64,000 nucleotides of DNA from an uncultured Planctomycetota bacterium (GCA_963823665.1 CAWGMQ010000003.1:1024001-1088000); one strand, 5' to 3'; positions 21,867-32,479 are shown, counted from the first letter of the stretch. Numbers and translations: made by a program. The notes: generated by a model from the letters alone, not told the origin.

Positions 21867-22790
21867 GTGCCACTCGATTCGGATTTCGTTGAAAACAAAC
21901 TCGGGCCGCCACGTCAGCCCGATTCGAAGGAGGTCTGGGCGAGCGACGAGGGGTTTCGCAGCTTCGGCTCATTTGCTGGCTCATCGATCCCGTTTGACTA
22001 CCGGTCCTATATCTTTTACGGATACACGATCCTTCCTGGTGGCATGAAGGTCGCGACGCGATTCGAGATCGATACGCGCAGCCCTACACTGTTGGTTGGT
22101 TCGGGACTCTGGCACATCGCAGGGATCTGGTATTCGCCCTTCGAGCCTGAAGCGTTGCGTTTGCTCGGAGTTTCTCCCGAGGAGACGAGGCCGTTCTCGT
22201 GGATCTCGAACGTTCCGATCGAAACGGCCGAGGAGCCGCCCTATCGGGAGGGACAAATTCTGCACAGCCGTGTGCAGCCCATGCCATACAAGCCGCCTCC
22301 GCTCAAGCCCAAGCCGGCCGTGGTGATTGTTCGACGCGGAGGGCGGAACGTCGTCCAGCAAGTAAGAACCGACGGCTGCCTGGCTCGGATCCGGAGACTC
22401 CTGAGCTCCCGGCAACTACGGTTAGCCCGGGACTCTGAAAGCGAATCATTGTGCGGCATCGACCTCGAGAACGGCGAACTTGTTCTGTGGTCTTGCGCAG
22501 CGCGCAGGCCAGAAGGACCCGGTGATGGAGTTCTCGTGCTCACGACGCACCGAGTCTTTTACCGCCCCGCCTTCGTCGCTCGCCTTCGCGCTGCCCGCTC
22601 CTTCGAGGTCCGGAACCGTGAAGTGACGGAGGTGGGTTTGAAGCCCATGCACAATACAGGTCCCTCGAGCAGCAACCGGGTCTATCTGCGGTTGGTGCTC
22701 GTCGGCGATCGGCAGGTGCTATTCGTTGTGGAGAATCCAGTGCACGCACTCGAGCGGTTCTCAAAAGGGATCACGCCCATCGGCGGCTGA
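21867..22790 (+). CDS. Hypothetical protein with C-terminal PH/GRAM-like domain
   Basis: LENGELVLWSCAA...GVLVLTTHRVFY pattern typical of bacterial PH folds. N-terminal half unassigned. Confidence 0.5.
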   Translation: MPLDSDFVENKLGPPRQPDSKEVWASDEGFRSFGSFAGSSIPFDYRSYIFYGYTILPGGMKVATRFEIDTRSPTLLVGSGLWHIAGIWYSPFEPEALRLLGVSPEETRPFSWISNVPIETAEEPPYREGQILHSRVQPMPYKPPPLKPKPAVVIVRRGGRNVVQQVRTDGCLARIRRLLSSRQLRLARDSESESLCGIDLENGELVLWSCAARRPEGPGDGVLVLTTHRVFYRPAFVARLRAARSFEVRNREVTEVGLKPMHNTGPSSSNRVYLRLVLVGDRQVLFVVENPVHALERFSKGITPIGG

Positions 22791-22818
22791 GTCGCGGCTG
22801 GCGATGGGCGGGAGGGTA

Positions 22819-23270
22819 ATGACCGTGCGCCGACCGCACTTTCGGTTTCGTGTTCGATCACTGATGCTCTTGGTAGCCCTGGTCGCGGTAATCGCTTGGT
22901 TCGGCATAATGGCGTGGAGAACGCGGCAGTTCTCAAGCCTCGCTCAAGAGCATCGCAAGACGTCCGAACTGTACGCGGCCGCCGAGCGAAGACTTGACAA
23001 AAAAATCGCGGACGTGGCGAAACTCGAGCGTCGAATAGCGGAACTTGAACTCGCGGAGACGGCACACGAACGCAACTTTGCGGTAACCTTGCGGAGAGGC
23101 GTCGCGGTGATGAGGGAAAATATCACAATGGACGAGCAAAACTTCTCATACGGCGCAATGCGCCGGCATTACGAATTCCTCGCCGCGAAATATCAACTCG
23201 CTGCAAGCAGACCTTGGCTCACGGTCGAGCCCGATCCGCCTCGACCCGCTCGACACAAGTCGACCCAACA
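22819..23270 (+). CDS. Planctomycete-specific membrane-anchored hypothetical protein (end approximate)
   Basis: GGAGG RBS; RFRVRSLMLLVALVAV N-terminus and KYQLAASRPWLTVEPDPP C-terminal family motif. The ORF runs on to 23649 over the convergent gene, probably through a lost stop. Confidence 0.6.
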
Positions 23271-23304
23271 AGCGACTCGCCTCAACGTCCACGCGCCAGC
23301 CCCA

Positions 23305-25824
23305 TCAATCCGCCCGCTCGAGCCGATACCGGATCGAGAGCTTCCCTGCTCCGTGTTCAGACGCCTCGACTTGCAACAATCCCACGAGGCCTTCGGGTGT
23401 CTTGAACGCAAACGTATCAGGCTTTTCCGCCAGTCGGGCATCGACCTTGATCCACCCGATATCGGGCTGCACGTCGCGATCGCGTTCCAGAATCTCGCGA
23501 GCGTCTCGGGCGGTCAATTCGTTGAACGTCTCGGGCAGAATGCGCGCTGCGATCATGCCCGGTCCGATAAACGGCAACTTCTGCCCAATGTTCTGTTCAG
23601 TCTCACCTTCCGGTTGCGCGATCGTCGCCGTCATCGTTTCACCGAATGACGTTCGTGGTGGCTTCGCCCCACCCGGCAGAGCGACAACCTTGTCATCCGT
23701 CGGCCGAACCCCACGCTCGGGCTGCGCGCCCAACCACATTCGGTATCGCAGTCGAAAGCGGTCGGTACCGCGATCCTTCGGGAAAATCTGGACGATTCCG
23801 CGTCCCCCCTCTCGCGTCGTGAACAGGAACGTCAGCAGCTCGTCGTCCCTGGCCTGCGTTCGTTCTTGCTCGAAATTTCCCATTGAGCGGGCGACTTCCT
23901 GTCCAAGCTGAAGCGGAGTGTCTTTCTGGATTTCGGTCGCAAGCGTATTCCACCGACTCGCGTCAACTTGCCAGAGTCGCAGGTCGATATCGTCGAGCCG
24001 ACCCTGGCAATGGATGTCGATGCCGCTCTGCAAGTACCACGCGGTGATTCGCGGTCCCCATCCGGTCGGCGGGCCCCAATCCGCGATCCTCGCGCCCTCG
24101 TACTGACTGAAAACCCGTCCGGTGTCGAAATCCAGATACGATTTCCCGTTCCAGTACACCGACTCAGTCAGCCGCAGCCTTCGCACGGGACCGAGCCGGA
24201 CGGCTGGACCCGTGGGGAAGATCGCGCCATATCGAGCAAGGCCGGCCCGTTCAATGAGATCCCCATCGCGCTTCGGCAGATCGACCGATTGCAATTCCTC
24301 CTGAGTGACGAATTCCTGCCAGTTTTTCGACCACCAAACTTGCCAGAGTTTCTGCCGTTCCGCAAACGAAGCGCGCTGCTGGGCTTGCTCGTCGGGCGTG
24401 CCGCCCAGAAAGACATGACGCAGAGGGTCACGATCTCCCACGCCCGGAGGTTCGCTGTGGTTCGTAAGCCGCTCGAGAGCACTGAGAATCTCGTTGACGG
24501 GGCGACCGCACGCGACGAAGGTTACCTCCGGCCTTTTATCTGGGTAATTCTGATGTGCTAGCATGAACTTAAACAGATCAGCGTCGGCGATGTTGATGCC
24601 GCAGTCCGAGCCAGCCGGCCGCAGTGCCTTCGGGATCGCCCTGATCAGCGCCGGAACAGCCCGTCGATCCCCGATAGCGCGAAGAGAGAACGCCAGCGAT
24701 CTGATCGTGGCATCGCGATCGGTGCGGTCGAGCTCGGCGATCAATTCGGGCACTGCGTCTCTCCCGATCGCCGCCAGCTCTCGAATCGTTCGCGCCCACT
24801 CCTCGTCGCGATTGAACACTTTGTAAGATCGGAAGAAATAAATCAGCTCGCGGACTCGTCGCGTTTTTTCGTCCGCGGACCTCGCCGCCTGATCGCTGCC
24901 GGGACGCGCGGTTGCCCCCGGCGGATCTTGCGCTCGCGCACCGGACTGGATCGCGAAGCCCGTCGTAGTCACCACCCCGCCGAGAAGCAGTCCAACCACG
25001 GCGGCGATTCGCATGCGGCTGACGAACATGGCCTTGAGGACATGGCGCGCCAAGGAAGCCGTTGTGGCCGAGCCCAGTCCCGGGACCGCGCTTCCTTGCG
25101 CGACCAGCACCGCCATCTTCACTGTGGCCGCCCCGAGCGACTCAGGCACCTCCGCCCTGCCCTTGCCCGCCGCCAGAATCGCGGCCACGCCGGCCGAGAG
25201 AGGTGCGAACCCGCGGCGGATGAGACGCTCACGCAGCCGATTGCGCCCTCGCGCCTGCCGGCTCTTCACCGTTCCGACCGGCCACCCGAGACGACCCGCA
25301 GCTTCCTCATGCGTCAGACCCTCCAGGTCGCAGAGCACCAGAGCTTTCCGCCAGCCATCCGGCAAGCGCCCCAGCTCTTCATGGATCGTGGCAATCGAGT
25401 CGTCGGCAACTGAATCATGATCGCCAACGGATCGCGACCCAATCGCCGCATACCGCCGCTCATGCGTTCGGCGCAGCATCTCCGACGCCCTGGCATGAGC
25501 CGAGACACGCAATGCCACGGCATGGAGCCAGGGACCGAGCGAGTCTCGCGCCCAGAGTGATCTCGCCTTGTGGACCAGCACGAGGAAGACCGCCTGGAAT
25601 GCGTCCCGGGCGTCGTGTTCGTCACGCAGGGCAGCACGGCAAACCCTGAGCACCATCGGTCCGTGCCGTGCGACCAGTGTGGCAAAGGCCGTTTCCGCCG
25701 TAGAATCTCCACTCGAGCGGCTCGTGAATCGCTCCAGAAGCTGACGGTCGGAGAGCTCAGCCCCGACCCCATCGCGAAAAATCGCGCGAACATCGTGTAG
25801 GATTTTATTCTGTTCGACGGCCAT
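23305..25824 (-). CDS. ECF sigma-70 factor with TM segment and large C-terminal extension (HEAT-like repeat)
   Basis: SDRQLLERF, LVARHGPMVLRVCR, DAFQAVFLVL, LEGLTHEEAA.RLGWPVGTVKSR; TM after MFVSRMR; AFSLRAIGDRRAVPALIRAI. Confidence 0.92.
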   Translation of the reverse strand: MAVEQNKILHDVRAIFRDGVGAELSDRQLLERFTSRSSGDSTAETAFATLVARHGPMVLRVCRAALRDEHDARDAFQAVFLVLVHKARSLWARDSLGPWLHAVALRVSAHARASEMLRRTHERRYAAIGSRSVGDHDSVADDSIATIHEELGRLPDGWRKALVLCDLEGLTHEEAAGRLGWPVGTVKSRQARGRNRLRERLIRRGFAPLSAGVAAILAAGKGRAEVPESLGAATVKMAVLVAQGSAVPGLGSATTASLARHVLKAMFVSRMRIAAVVGLLLGGVVTTTGFAIQSGARAQDPPGATARPGSDQAARSADEKTRRVRELIYFFRSYKVFNRDEEWARTIRELAAIGRDAVPELIAELDRTDRDATIRSLAFSLRAIGDRRAVPALIRAIPKALRPAGSDCGINIADADLFKFMLAHQNYPDKRPEVTFVACGRPVNEILSALERLTNHSEPPGVGDRDPLRHVFLGGTPDEQAQQRASFAERQKLWQVWWSKNWQEFVTQEELQSVDLPKRDGDLIERAGLARYGAIFPTGPAVRLGPVRRLRLTESVYWNGKSYLDFDTGRVFSQYEGARIADWGPPTGWGPRITAWYLQSGIDIHCQGRLDDIDLRLWQVDASRWNTLATEIQKDTPLQLGQEVARSMGNFEQERTQARDDELLTFLFTTREGGRGIVQIFPKDRGTDRFRLRYRMWLGAQPERGVRPTDDKVVALPGGAKPPRTSFGETMTATIAQPEGETEQNIGQKLPFIGPGMIAARILPETFNELTARDAREILERDRDVQPDIGWIKVDARLAEKPDTFAFKTPEGLVGLLQVEASEHGAGKLSIRYRLERAD

Positions 25825-25924
25825 CAGAGTTACCCCGGCCTGGATTTGCCCAAAAAGCAAGTGTAATGCCGGGAGCCGCGTGAATGGTTCCCACTTTTTT
25901 TAGAAACTCGGACAAGAACCGCCG

Positions 25925-27580
25925 ATGCTCATCGCTTACGTCAGTGACGAACGCTATGTTGCTCTGCCCGCCGTGCTCCTCGAGCTCGAAGGCGAGGCTG
26001 CCTCGTTCGAGGCGCGCTCCCGGGCTACTGGGGCAGTGCACGTTGAGGTGCCATCCGGCAACTACAAGGTCACGATTCAGAAGCCGGGGTTCGGCGCCAA
26101 GAGCGTTCACCTTCAGATTAACGAAGGCCGCGAACCTTACCAGTTGCGCCTTCTCGCCGACGGACTGCTCGGATACGCCTGGCCGAAGTGCTTGAAAGTG
26201 GGCGAAAAGTCCGAGTTCCGGGTGCATTCGGTCGAGCCCTACCATTTGAGCCTGTGGCGATACGGCATACGAAAGCAGCTCATCCGCGAAATCGGCTGGT
26301 TTGACGAACACGGCCCCCGCGCGACCATGCAGATCACGCCCGATGGAGATTACACGCAGACTGGCGTCCAGTGGAACAAGCACGGTTACGCCAACCCGCT
26401 CTTGCATCAGTACGTAACGGCCCCCGAGCGGTCTGGATTGTATTATTTCCACGCCAGAACGAAATCGGGGAGTAAGTTTTCGTTTCCGTGGATCGTGGCA
26501 CCCTCACGACCCCGCGAGCCGGTCGCCGTGCTGGCATCGAACATCACCTGGAACGCTTACAACAACTTCGGCGGGCGGAGCAACTACATCAATCCGGACA
26601 GGCTGCCAACGAGGCCGACGGTGAACGCACGGCTCGAGCTGAAGCGGTACACGGATCCCGAGAATGTCACGTATGATACAGAGGACTACGCGCCACTTTC
26701 CTTTGATCGTCCGGAGCCGATCAACCACATCGACGCACAGACCGAGATCAACGATCCGATCGAAGGGCGGGCCGCGTGCCACATCGCACCGGCCGAGTGG
26801 CGGCTGCTGGGCTGGCTCGAGCGCGAGTACTTCGCCTACGACTATTACGCGGAGACACAGCTTCACGATGAATCGCTCGACCTTGATGCGTACAAGGTGC
26901 TGATCCTCTCGACGCACCCGGAATACTGGACGCGCACGATGTACGATCGGGTCAAGTCGTGGGTGAACGAGCGGGGCGGCCGATTGATGTATCTGGGCGG
27001 CAACGGGCTGAACTGCGAGGCCGAGCTTTCGGGGGACGTCGCGATTTATCGTAACGGCGACGCCGGCGCCCTCAAGCGCGGAGGCTTCGAGAGCCGGTTC
27101 CACATGCGGGTCGAGTCCGAGGCGGCATTACTGGGGGTGGTCTTCACTGAAACCGGGATCATGACGGGCGCTCCCTACCGGGTGCGCGACGCCACGCACT
27201 GGGCATTTGCCGGCACCGGACTCGGCTCCGGCGACCTGTTCGGCCAGGCGAGCTTGCACTGCCGATGTCCGGGCGGGGCCTCAGGGCATGAGACTGACAA
27301 GGTCTCGAAGAGTTCGCCGTCGGGCATGCTCTGCCTGGCCAAAGGCACAAACATCGACGACGGCGGCGCCGAGCTTTCCTACTACGAGACCAAGAGCGGC
27401 GGCGCGGTCTTCGCTGCGGGATCGATCGCCTGGCCCAGCGCCATTCTGGTGGACGATTGCGTGTCGCAGATCACGGCGAATGTGCTGCGGCGGTTTTTGA
27501 CCGCCGTCAGCGCTCCAGGCAACGGCAGGTCAGCCAAATCCTCGGGTAGCGGAGAAGACTTGAATGCTTCCTCAGGATAG
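25925..27580 (+). CDS. N,N-dimethylformamidase large-subunit-like (DUF6605-type) protein with N-terminal carboxypeptidase-regulatory-like domain
   Basis: RSGLY, TWNAYNNFGG, LILSTHPEYWT, GGRLMYLGGNG, GHETD, GGAVFAAGSIAW. N-terminal VPSGNYKVTIQKPGF. Confidence 0.75.
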   Translation: MLIAYVSDERYVALPAVLLELEGEAASFEARSRATGAVHVEVPSGNYKVTIQKPGFGAKSVHLQINEGREPYQLRLLADGLLGYAWPKCLKVGEKSEFRVHSVEPYHLSLWRYGIRKQLIREIGWFDEHGPRATMQITPDGDYTQTGVQWNKHGYANPLLHQYVTAPERSGLYYFHARTKSGSKFSFPWIVAPSRPREPVAVLASNITWNAYNNFGGRSNYINPDRLPTRPTVNARLELKRYTDPENVTYDTEDYAPLSFDRPEPINHIDAQTEINDPIEGRAACHIAPAEWRLLGWLEREYFAYDYYAETQLHDESLDLDAYKVLILSTHPEYWTRTMYDRVKSWVNERGGRLMYLGGNGLNCEAELSGDVAIYRNGDAGALKRGGFESRFHMRVESEAALLGVVFTETGIMTGAPYRVRDATHWAFAGTGLGSGDLFGQASLHCRCPGGASGHETDKVSKSSPSGMLCLAKGTNIDDGGAELSYYETKSGGAVFAAGSIAWPSAILVDDCVSQITANVLRRFLTAVSAPGNGRSAKSSGSGEDLNASSG

Positions 27581-27595
27581 AATTCGGTTACACTG

Positions 27596-28408
27596 ATGGA
27601 CGAGTTATTTTCTTGCCGCAACTGTATCCAAAACTGTGGCCAGAGCCTGTTTATCGGGCCCGGGTCTGGGTTCTGCCTGCAGCATGAATCCGTGATCTGG
27701 GAGCCCGAGCAGACCACCTGCAAGTATCTCCATCGAAAGGATCTGCCTTTTTTTGTCGTGGAAGAAGGAACGCGAGAGCACGCCGCCGAATTTACCGGGT
27801 TTGCCGGGTTGGCTTCGCTTCATACAAAGAAACCGATTGAACCCATTCGCTATAGTGAGAAACTGCGATGGGAAAAGGGCAGCTTCGACCCAATCGTCCA
27901 TGCCCTTGCGCAGTATCACCGATTCGAACCGCGCTGGGGACTGATCTCCGCGTTCTCTGGCGGCGTGGACGGACGCCGCTCGCTTACACACAGCTCGCTC
28001 GTACGCCGGTACATGAAACATTGCGATAACTGGACAAGCTCGTACCGCCTCGTGCTCGCCCTGCTGGAAGAAATCGACATTCTGCCTCAATTCGATCATC
28101 GCTCGCTGGTTTCGCCCGATGGTGCATCAAACGGTGAAGTGGCCGAACAAGCAATCTGGGATGTTGTCCTCACACGACTGTCGGCACTCCAGGAGTACGG
28201 TTGGCATGCTGGAATCGAATCACTCATGTGGGCGACTGACGCGGTGAACGGCAGTCTCGCTGAGCTGAGCTGGCAGGGTCTGCAGCAAGAGCTTTCAACC
28301 CTCCGTGGACCGTGGGCCCAGCAAATCATCTCCAGTGCGAAGGAACATCATCAGTTCTTTCCTCCGCGTGAACCGCATGCAAGCGCGGATGACGGCTTGC
28401 CCGAATGA
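27596..28408 (+). CDS. Hypothetical protein with Cys-rich N-terminus
   Basis: Uninterrupted 270-aa ORF between same-strand genes; CRNCIQNC...GFCLQH...TTCKYLHRKD. Confidence 0.8.
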   Translation: MDELFSCRNCIQNCGQSLFIGPGSGFCLQHESVIWEPEQTTCKYLHRKDLPFFVVEEGTREHAAEFTGFAGLASLHTKKPIEPIRYSEKLRWEKGSFDPIVHALAQYHRFEPRWGLISAFSGGVDGRRSLTHSSLVRRYMKHCDNWTSSYRLVLALLEEIDILPQFDHRSLVSPDGASNGEVAEQAIWDVVLTRLSALQEYGWHAGIESLMWATDAVNGSLAELSWQGLQQELSTLRGPWAQQIISSAKEHHQFFPPREPHASADDGLPE

Positions 28409-28440
28409 AGCTCGGTTGCTCACATCGAGGTTGAGATTCG

Positions 28441-29556
28441 ATGCGCATCACTCGACTCGAAGCAATCCCCGTTCGGGTTCCGCTCAAGCCCGGTATGGTC
28501 ACGAAGACCGCGCACGGCGACCATCACACTTCCGATTATGTGATTGTGAAAGTCCATACCGACCAGGGACTGATCGGGCTGGGTGAGGCTACGGTGTCGG
28601 CGCTGTGGAGTGGGGAAACGAGCAAGAGCTGCGTGGCTACGCTTGAAGACCTGATCGGGCCTGCCCTCGCTGGATCCGATCCGACGGCAATCACGACGAT
28701 CCGTAGGAAGATGGATTTCCTGATCAAGCTCAATCCGTTCACGAAAGCTGCGGTTGAGATGGCGCTCTGGGACATCGCAGGAAAAGCGCTGGGCGTGCCG
28801 GTTTATCAACTGCTGGGAGGCAAGGTACGCGAGGTGATCCCCACCAAGATGATGATCGGCGCGTTCGAGCTGCCCCGCGTTCGCTCGCTGGCCGAGCAGT
28901 TCTTGAGCTGGGGCGTGCGGTGCTTGAAGGTCAAGGTGGGGCTGGACCTCGCCGGAGATCTCGCGCGGGTGGAAGCCGTGCGAGCTGTGGCTGGCCCGAA
29001 TATTCCGATCACCGTTGACGCCAACTGCGGCTGGAACGTGACGACCGCACGGGTGGCCCTGGATCGTCTACGTGCGTTCGACCTGCTGGTCGCCGAACAG
29101 CCGATCGCGCCGGGCGATCACGAGGCGATGGCCTCGCTGCGCCATCCAGGCGGCATACCCATCATGGCCGACGAGAGTGTTTTCACTCTTGCCGATGCGT
29201 GGAACGTGCTGCGGGCGCACGCGGCCGACGTGGTCAGCATTTATCCCGGCAAGAACGGCGGAATCGCGGCCTCGATCGAGATCGCCGCGGTGGCCGCGGC
29301 CGCGGGAATTCCGTGTCACATGGGGAGCAATCTCGAGCTGGGCATCGGCTCGGCCGCGATGTTGCATCTGGCGTGTGCCGTGAAGAACATCGAGAGCGAA
29401 TCATACCCGGCCGATATTCTTGGGCCGCACTATCATGAGAGCGACCTGCTGGCGACGCCGCTCGATCTGGCCTTCGAAGGAGCGCGCGTGCCCGGCGGGC
29501 CGGGGCTTGGGGTGGTGCTGGACGAGGAGCAGGTCAAGCGATTTCGTGCATCATAG
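28441..29556 (+). CDS. Enolase-superfamily muconate/chloromuconate cycloisomerase-like enzyme
   Basis: AAVEMALWDIAGKALGVPVYQLLGG, KVKVG, metal ligands DAN/EQP/DES, PGGPGLGV. Confidence 0.9.
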   Translation: MRITRLEAIPVRVPLKPGMVTKTAHGDHHTSDYVIVKVHTDQGLIGLGEATVSALWSGETSKSCVATLEDLIGPALAGSDPTAITTIRRKMDFLIKLNPFTKAAVEMALWDIAGKALGVPVYQLLGGKVREVIPTKMMIGAFELPRVRSLAEQFLSWGVRCLKVKVGLDLAGDLARVEAVRAVAGPNIPITVDANCGWNVTTARVALDRLRAFDLLVAEQPIAPGDHEAMASLRHPGGIPIMADESVFTLADAWNVLRAHAADVVSIYPGKNGGIAASIEIAAVAAAAGIPCHMGSNLELGIGSAAMLHLACAVKNIESESYPADILGPHYHESDLLATPLDLAFEGARVPGGPGLGVVLDEEQVKRFRAS

Positions 29557-29745
29557 CCGCCAGCATCCATCCTTGCGACAACAGAGTAAATACTCTCAAG
29601 TTCCACATCCGATCTGCCGACAGCCGCAATTGACCTCTTTGGCGATCGGCCGTATGATCCCCGCGCCCGTCTGCCTGGCATGGCTGCTGGCGGACGGGTT
29701 CTTGACGGATAAGGCGAGCGGAATCGACGGAACGGAGGTCGTCGT

Positions 29746-31681
29746 ATGGGCATCAGTATCGGATGGATAGCTCTCCTGTTGGGCGTAACGGGTGCCCAGC
29801 CCGCGGATAAGAACGCGGCGCAGATCACTTACACCGTCAGGATGGTCGAAGCCGAAGGCGTGGGCTGGCGCGCATCCGTGATGTCCCAGCTCAAGCCGGT
29901 GACCCGGCAGGGATCAGCGACCGTTTGGACCTTGCCAGCGAGCGCAAGCACCCTGCTCATCAAGGAATTCGACAAGAACCCGGCCGTCGCCGCGGGTACC
30001 GCTTCGCGTGTCGTTGCATTCTCCGGAGTGCCCGCGACCATCCAGGTTCGCGAGAACCGCAAATTCGTGACGAAGGTTTCCTGGAATGGCGATGAAGCCT
30101 CAGCAACAGGCACGCCCGAGGATCTGCGCGTCGGGTGGCACACCACACTCGTTGGACGAAAGCTTGACCAGGGCATTCTGGTGAAGATGGTGCTTGAAGA
30201 CACAGAGGTCCGCGCAGTGCACGAGATGCCGATCGACACACCATCCCATGCGAAGCCGGTGGACGCGGCAACGAGTGCCACAACGCATGGTCAGATCAAC
30301 GCGAAAGCAGTGGCTTCGATTTCATTTGAGGACAGCCCGTTCGAGACTCCCGTGTGCCCGATGGCCACGAAGGACGATGCTTCAGCCGGCAAGGCAAGCT
30401 GCGAACTTGACGCGAAAGCGAATGCGGACAAGAAGCAGGAGATGAAGGATCTGATGGACAAGGCCGTCACCGCCTATGCAGCCGCCAAGTACGTTGAGTG
30501 CGAGGCTCTCGCCAAGCAGGCGCTCGAGCGTCGATCCCAATGAAAAAGCAGCCACAATTCTCGTGTACAAAGCCCGGGCCGAGAAGCAATTTAAAGCGGA
30601 CCAAAAGGAGAATGGGATCGTCGAGGCGTTTCAGGAAGTTGACCGGAGTGCGATTGCTGATCCAGAGGTGCAGTTACGAGGAATCGGGGTCGGCGGTTGT
30701 ACCTTCAAGGAGTTGGCGGCCGAGCGAGCTCGCGTCAATCAATCGCTCCTCGAACTCCCCGAAATCGCCAGTCAAGAAATCCTCGGCGAGTGGCTCATTC
30801 CCAACCGCGAGTGCCTGCTGGTGAGCTTCGGGCCTCACACCGAGGCCGATAAGGACGGCAAGGCCGTGGTGAGGGAGCGATTGGCGTTCATCGAAGCCGA
30901 CGCCAAGCCCGTCGTTGTCACGACACAACGGGCGATGATGGCGCCACAGTACATTATCAATCCTGCACCTCACGTTCTCATCGCGCCGCAAGGGGCCCCA
31001 CCTGCCGTGTATCTCCCACAATCGCCGATCTTCAGTGCAGTGCCCGGATTGCCGCCTGGTGGAGCACCAGCGCTTCCGCCGGCAGCCTACGTCCCGACTC
31101 CGGTAATTCCGCTTCCACCAGGTCGATACATGCCTGACGACCTCCAGTACTTTCCACCGGGGCCGGATTCTCCGTGGGCGAACACGCAGGCAGCGGATGA
31201 GCGAGCCCGGATGCGAGCGAGGGGTGTTGAGCAGCCGCCGCCGGTTGGAAGAGCACCCGCAGCCGCAGCACCGGGGGCTCCCGACGGCGTGATGCCGATG
31301 CCCGCCGTCCCGTCACGGTCGTTCCCGGAGGGTATTCACGTCGATGGGAGCAAGGCAAAGCTCCCTCCGCTGCCCGAAGACGAGATGGATGACGACTCGG
31401 CGGAATCAGAATCGGCCGAGCCGCGACCGAGCCCGCAGACCAAGAAGCCGCGCAAGGCCAAACCGGCGGCCGACGAAAGCACGACCAAAGCCTCGTTCGT
31501 GAAGCCGAAGTCTTCCACCTTCTTCTTGCCCAGCGTGTTCCTGCCGGGGTCTTCGGTCGGCTTCCAGTTCCTGCTGCCGATCACTCCACTCTCGATCAAG
31601 CTTCCCTTCAACCAGCGTCTCGTGATCGAGATCTTCGGCCGCGTCGTTCCGGATACGCGAGCGGCAGAAACCGCAGATTGA
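29746..31681 (+). CDS. Secreted hypothetical protein, possible degenerate secretin-like domain with Pro-rich tail (frameshift ~30530)
   Basis: Signal peptide and GGAGG RBS. ORF 29746..30543 joins 30476..31681 at AKQALE/VDPNEKAA. Confidence 0.65.
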
Positions 31682-31711
31682 AGGGCCCCTGCTCCGTTCG
31701 CCGGTAGGCTT

Positions 31712-32479
31712 TCACAGTGTGGCCGTGTAGCCGCCGTCGACGGGAATCGCGACGCCGGTGATGTAGTCGCTGCCACGGCCGGCAAGCCAGATCGCGGTGC
31801 CCGCCATGTCTGCCGGCTTGGCCCACCGGCCAAGGGCGATCCTTGCAAGCACCCGCTCGTGAAGGCCGGGGATCTGCTCTCTGGCCTTTTCGGTTAGCTC
31901 GGTGTCGAACCAGCCTGGCAGAATGGCGTTCACCTGAATATTGTCGGCCGCCCACGCCAGCGCCAGGCTCTTGGTCAACTGGACGATCCCGCCCTTGGTC
32001 GACGCATACGCGGCGGCAAAAGGCGCTCCGAAGATCGACGTCATGCTGCCGATGTTGATGATCTTGCCGCCGCCGGCGCGCTTCATCGCGGCATAAACAA
32101 CTTTCGACATCAAGAAGGCGCTCGTCAGGTTGACCTTCAAGACCTGGTCCCAATCGTCGAGCGAGAGGTCCTGCGGCTGCTTGCGGATATTGATGCCGGC
32201 GTTGTTGAAGAGGATGTCAATGCGGCCGAAGTGAGCAAGCGTTTCCGCTGCCGCGCGCGCTGCGTCTTCCTCGCGCGAGACGTCGGCGGTGACCACGAGC
32301 GTCTTCACGCCCGTGCTTTCCGTCAATTGCCGTGCCGCCGATTCGGACTTCGCCGTATTGCGCCCGAGCACGGCGATTGACGCGCCAGCCTCAGCCAGGC
32401 CGTGAGCGATTCCCAGCCCGATTCCACCATTGCCGCCGGTGACGATTGCCACCTTGCCGCTCAAGTCAAACAGGTTCAC
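31712..32479 (-). CDS. Short-chain dehydrogenase/reductase (KduD/gluconate 5-dehydrogenase-like)
   Basis: TGGNGGIG, NNAGI, YASTK, NAILPGWFDT. Confidence 0.93.
   Translation of the reverse strand: MNLFDLSGKVAIVTGGNGGIGLGIAHGLAEAGASIAVLGRNTAKSESAARQLTESTGVKTLVVTADVSREEDAARAAAETLAHFGRIDILFNNAGINIRKQPQDLSLDDWDQVLKVNLTSAFLMSKVVYAAMKRAGGGKIINIGSMTSIFGAPFAAAYASTKGGIVQLTKSLALAWAADNIQVNAILPGWFDTELTEKAREQIPGLHERVLARIALGRWAKPADMAGTAIWLAGRGSDYITGVAIPVDGGYTATL

Noticed and set aside
23270..23649. 345-bp convergent coding overlap with the ECF gene
   Set aside because: The family motif ends near 23250; the extension is best explained by a lost stop.
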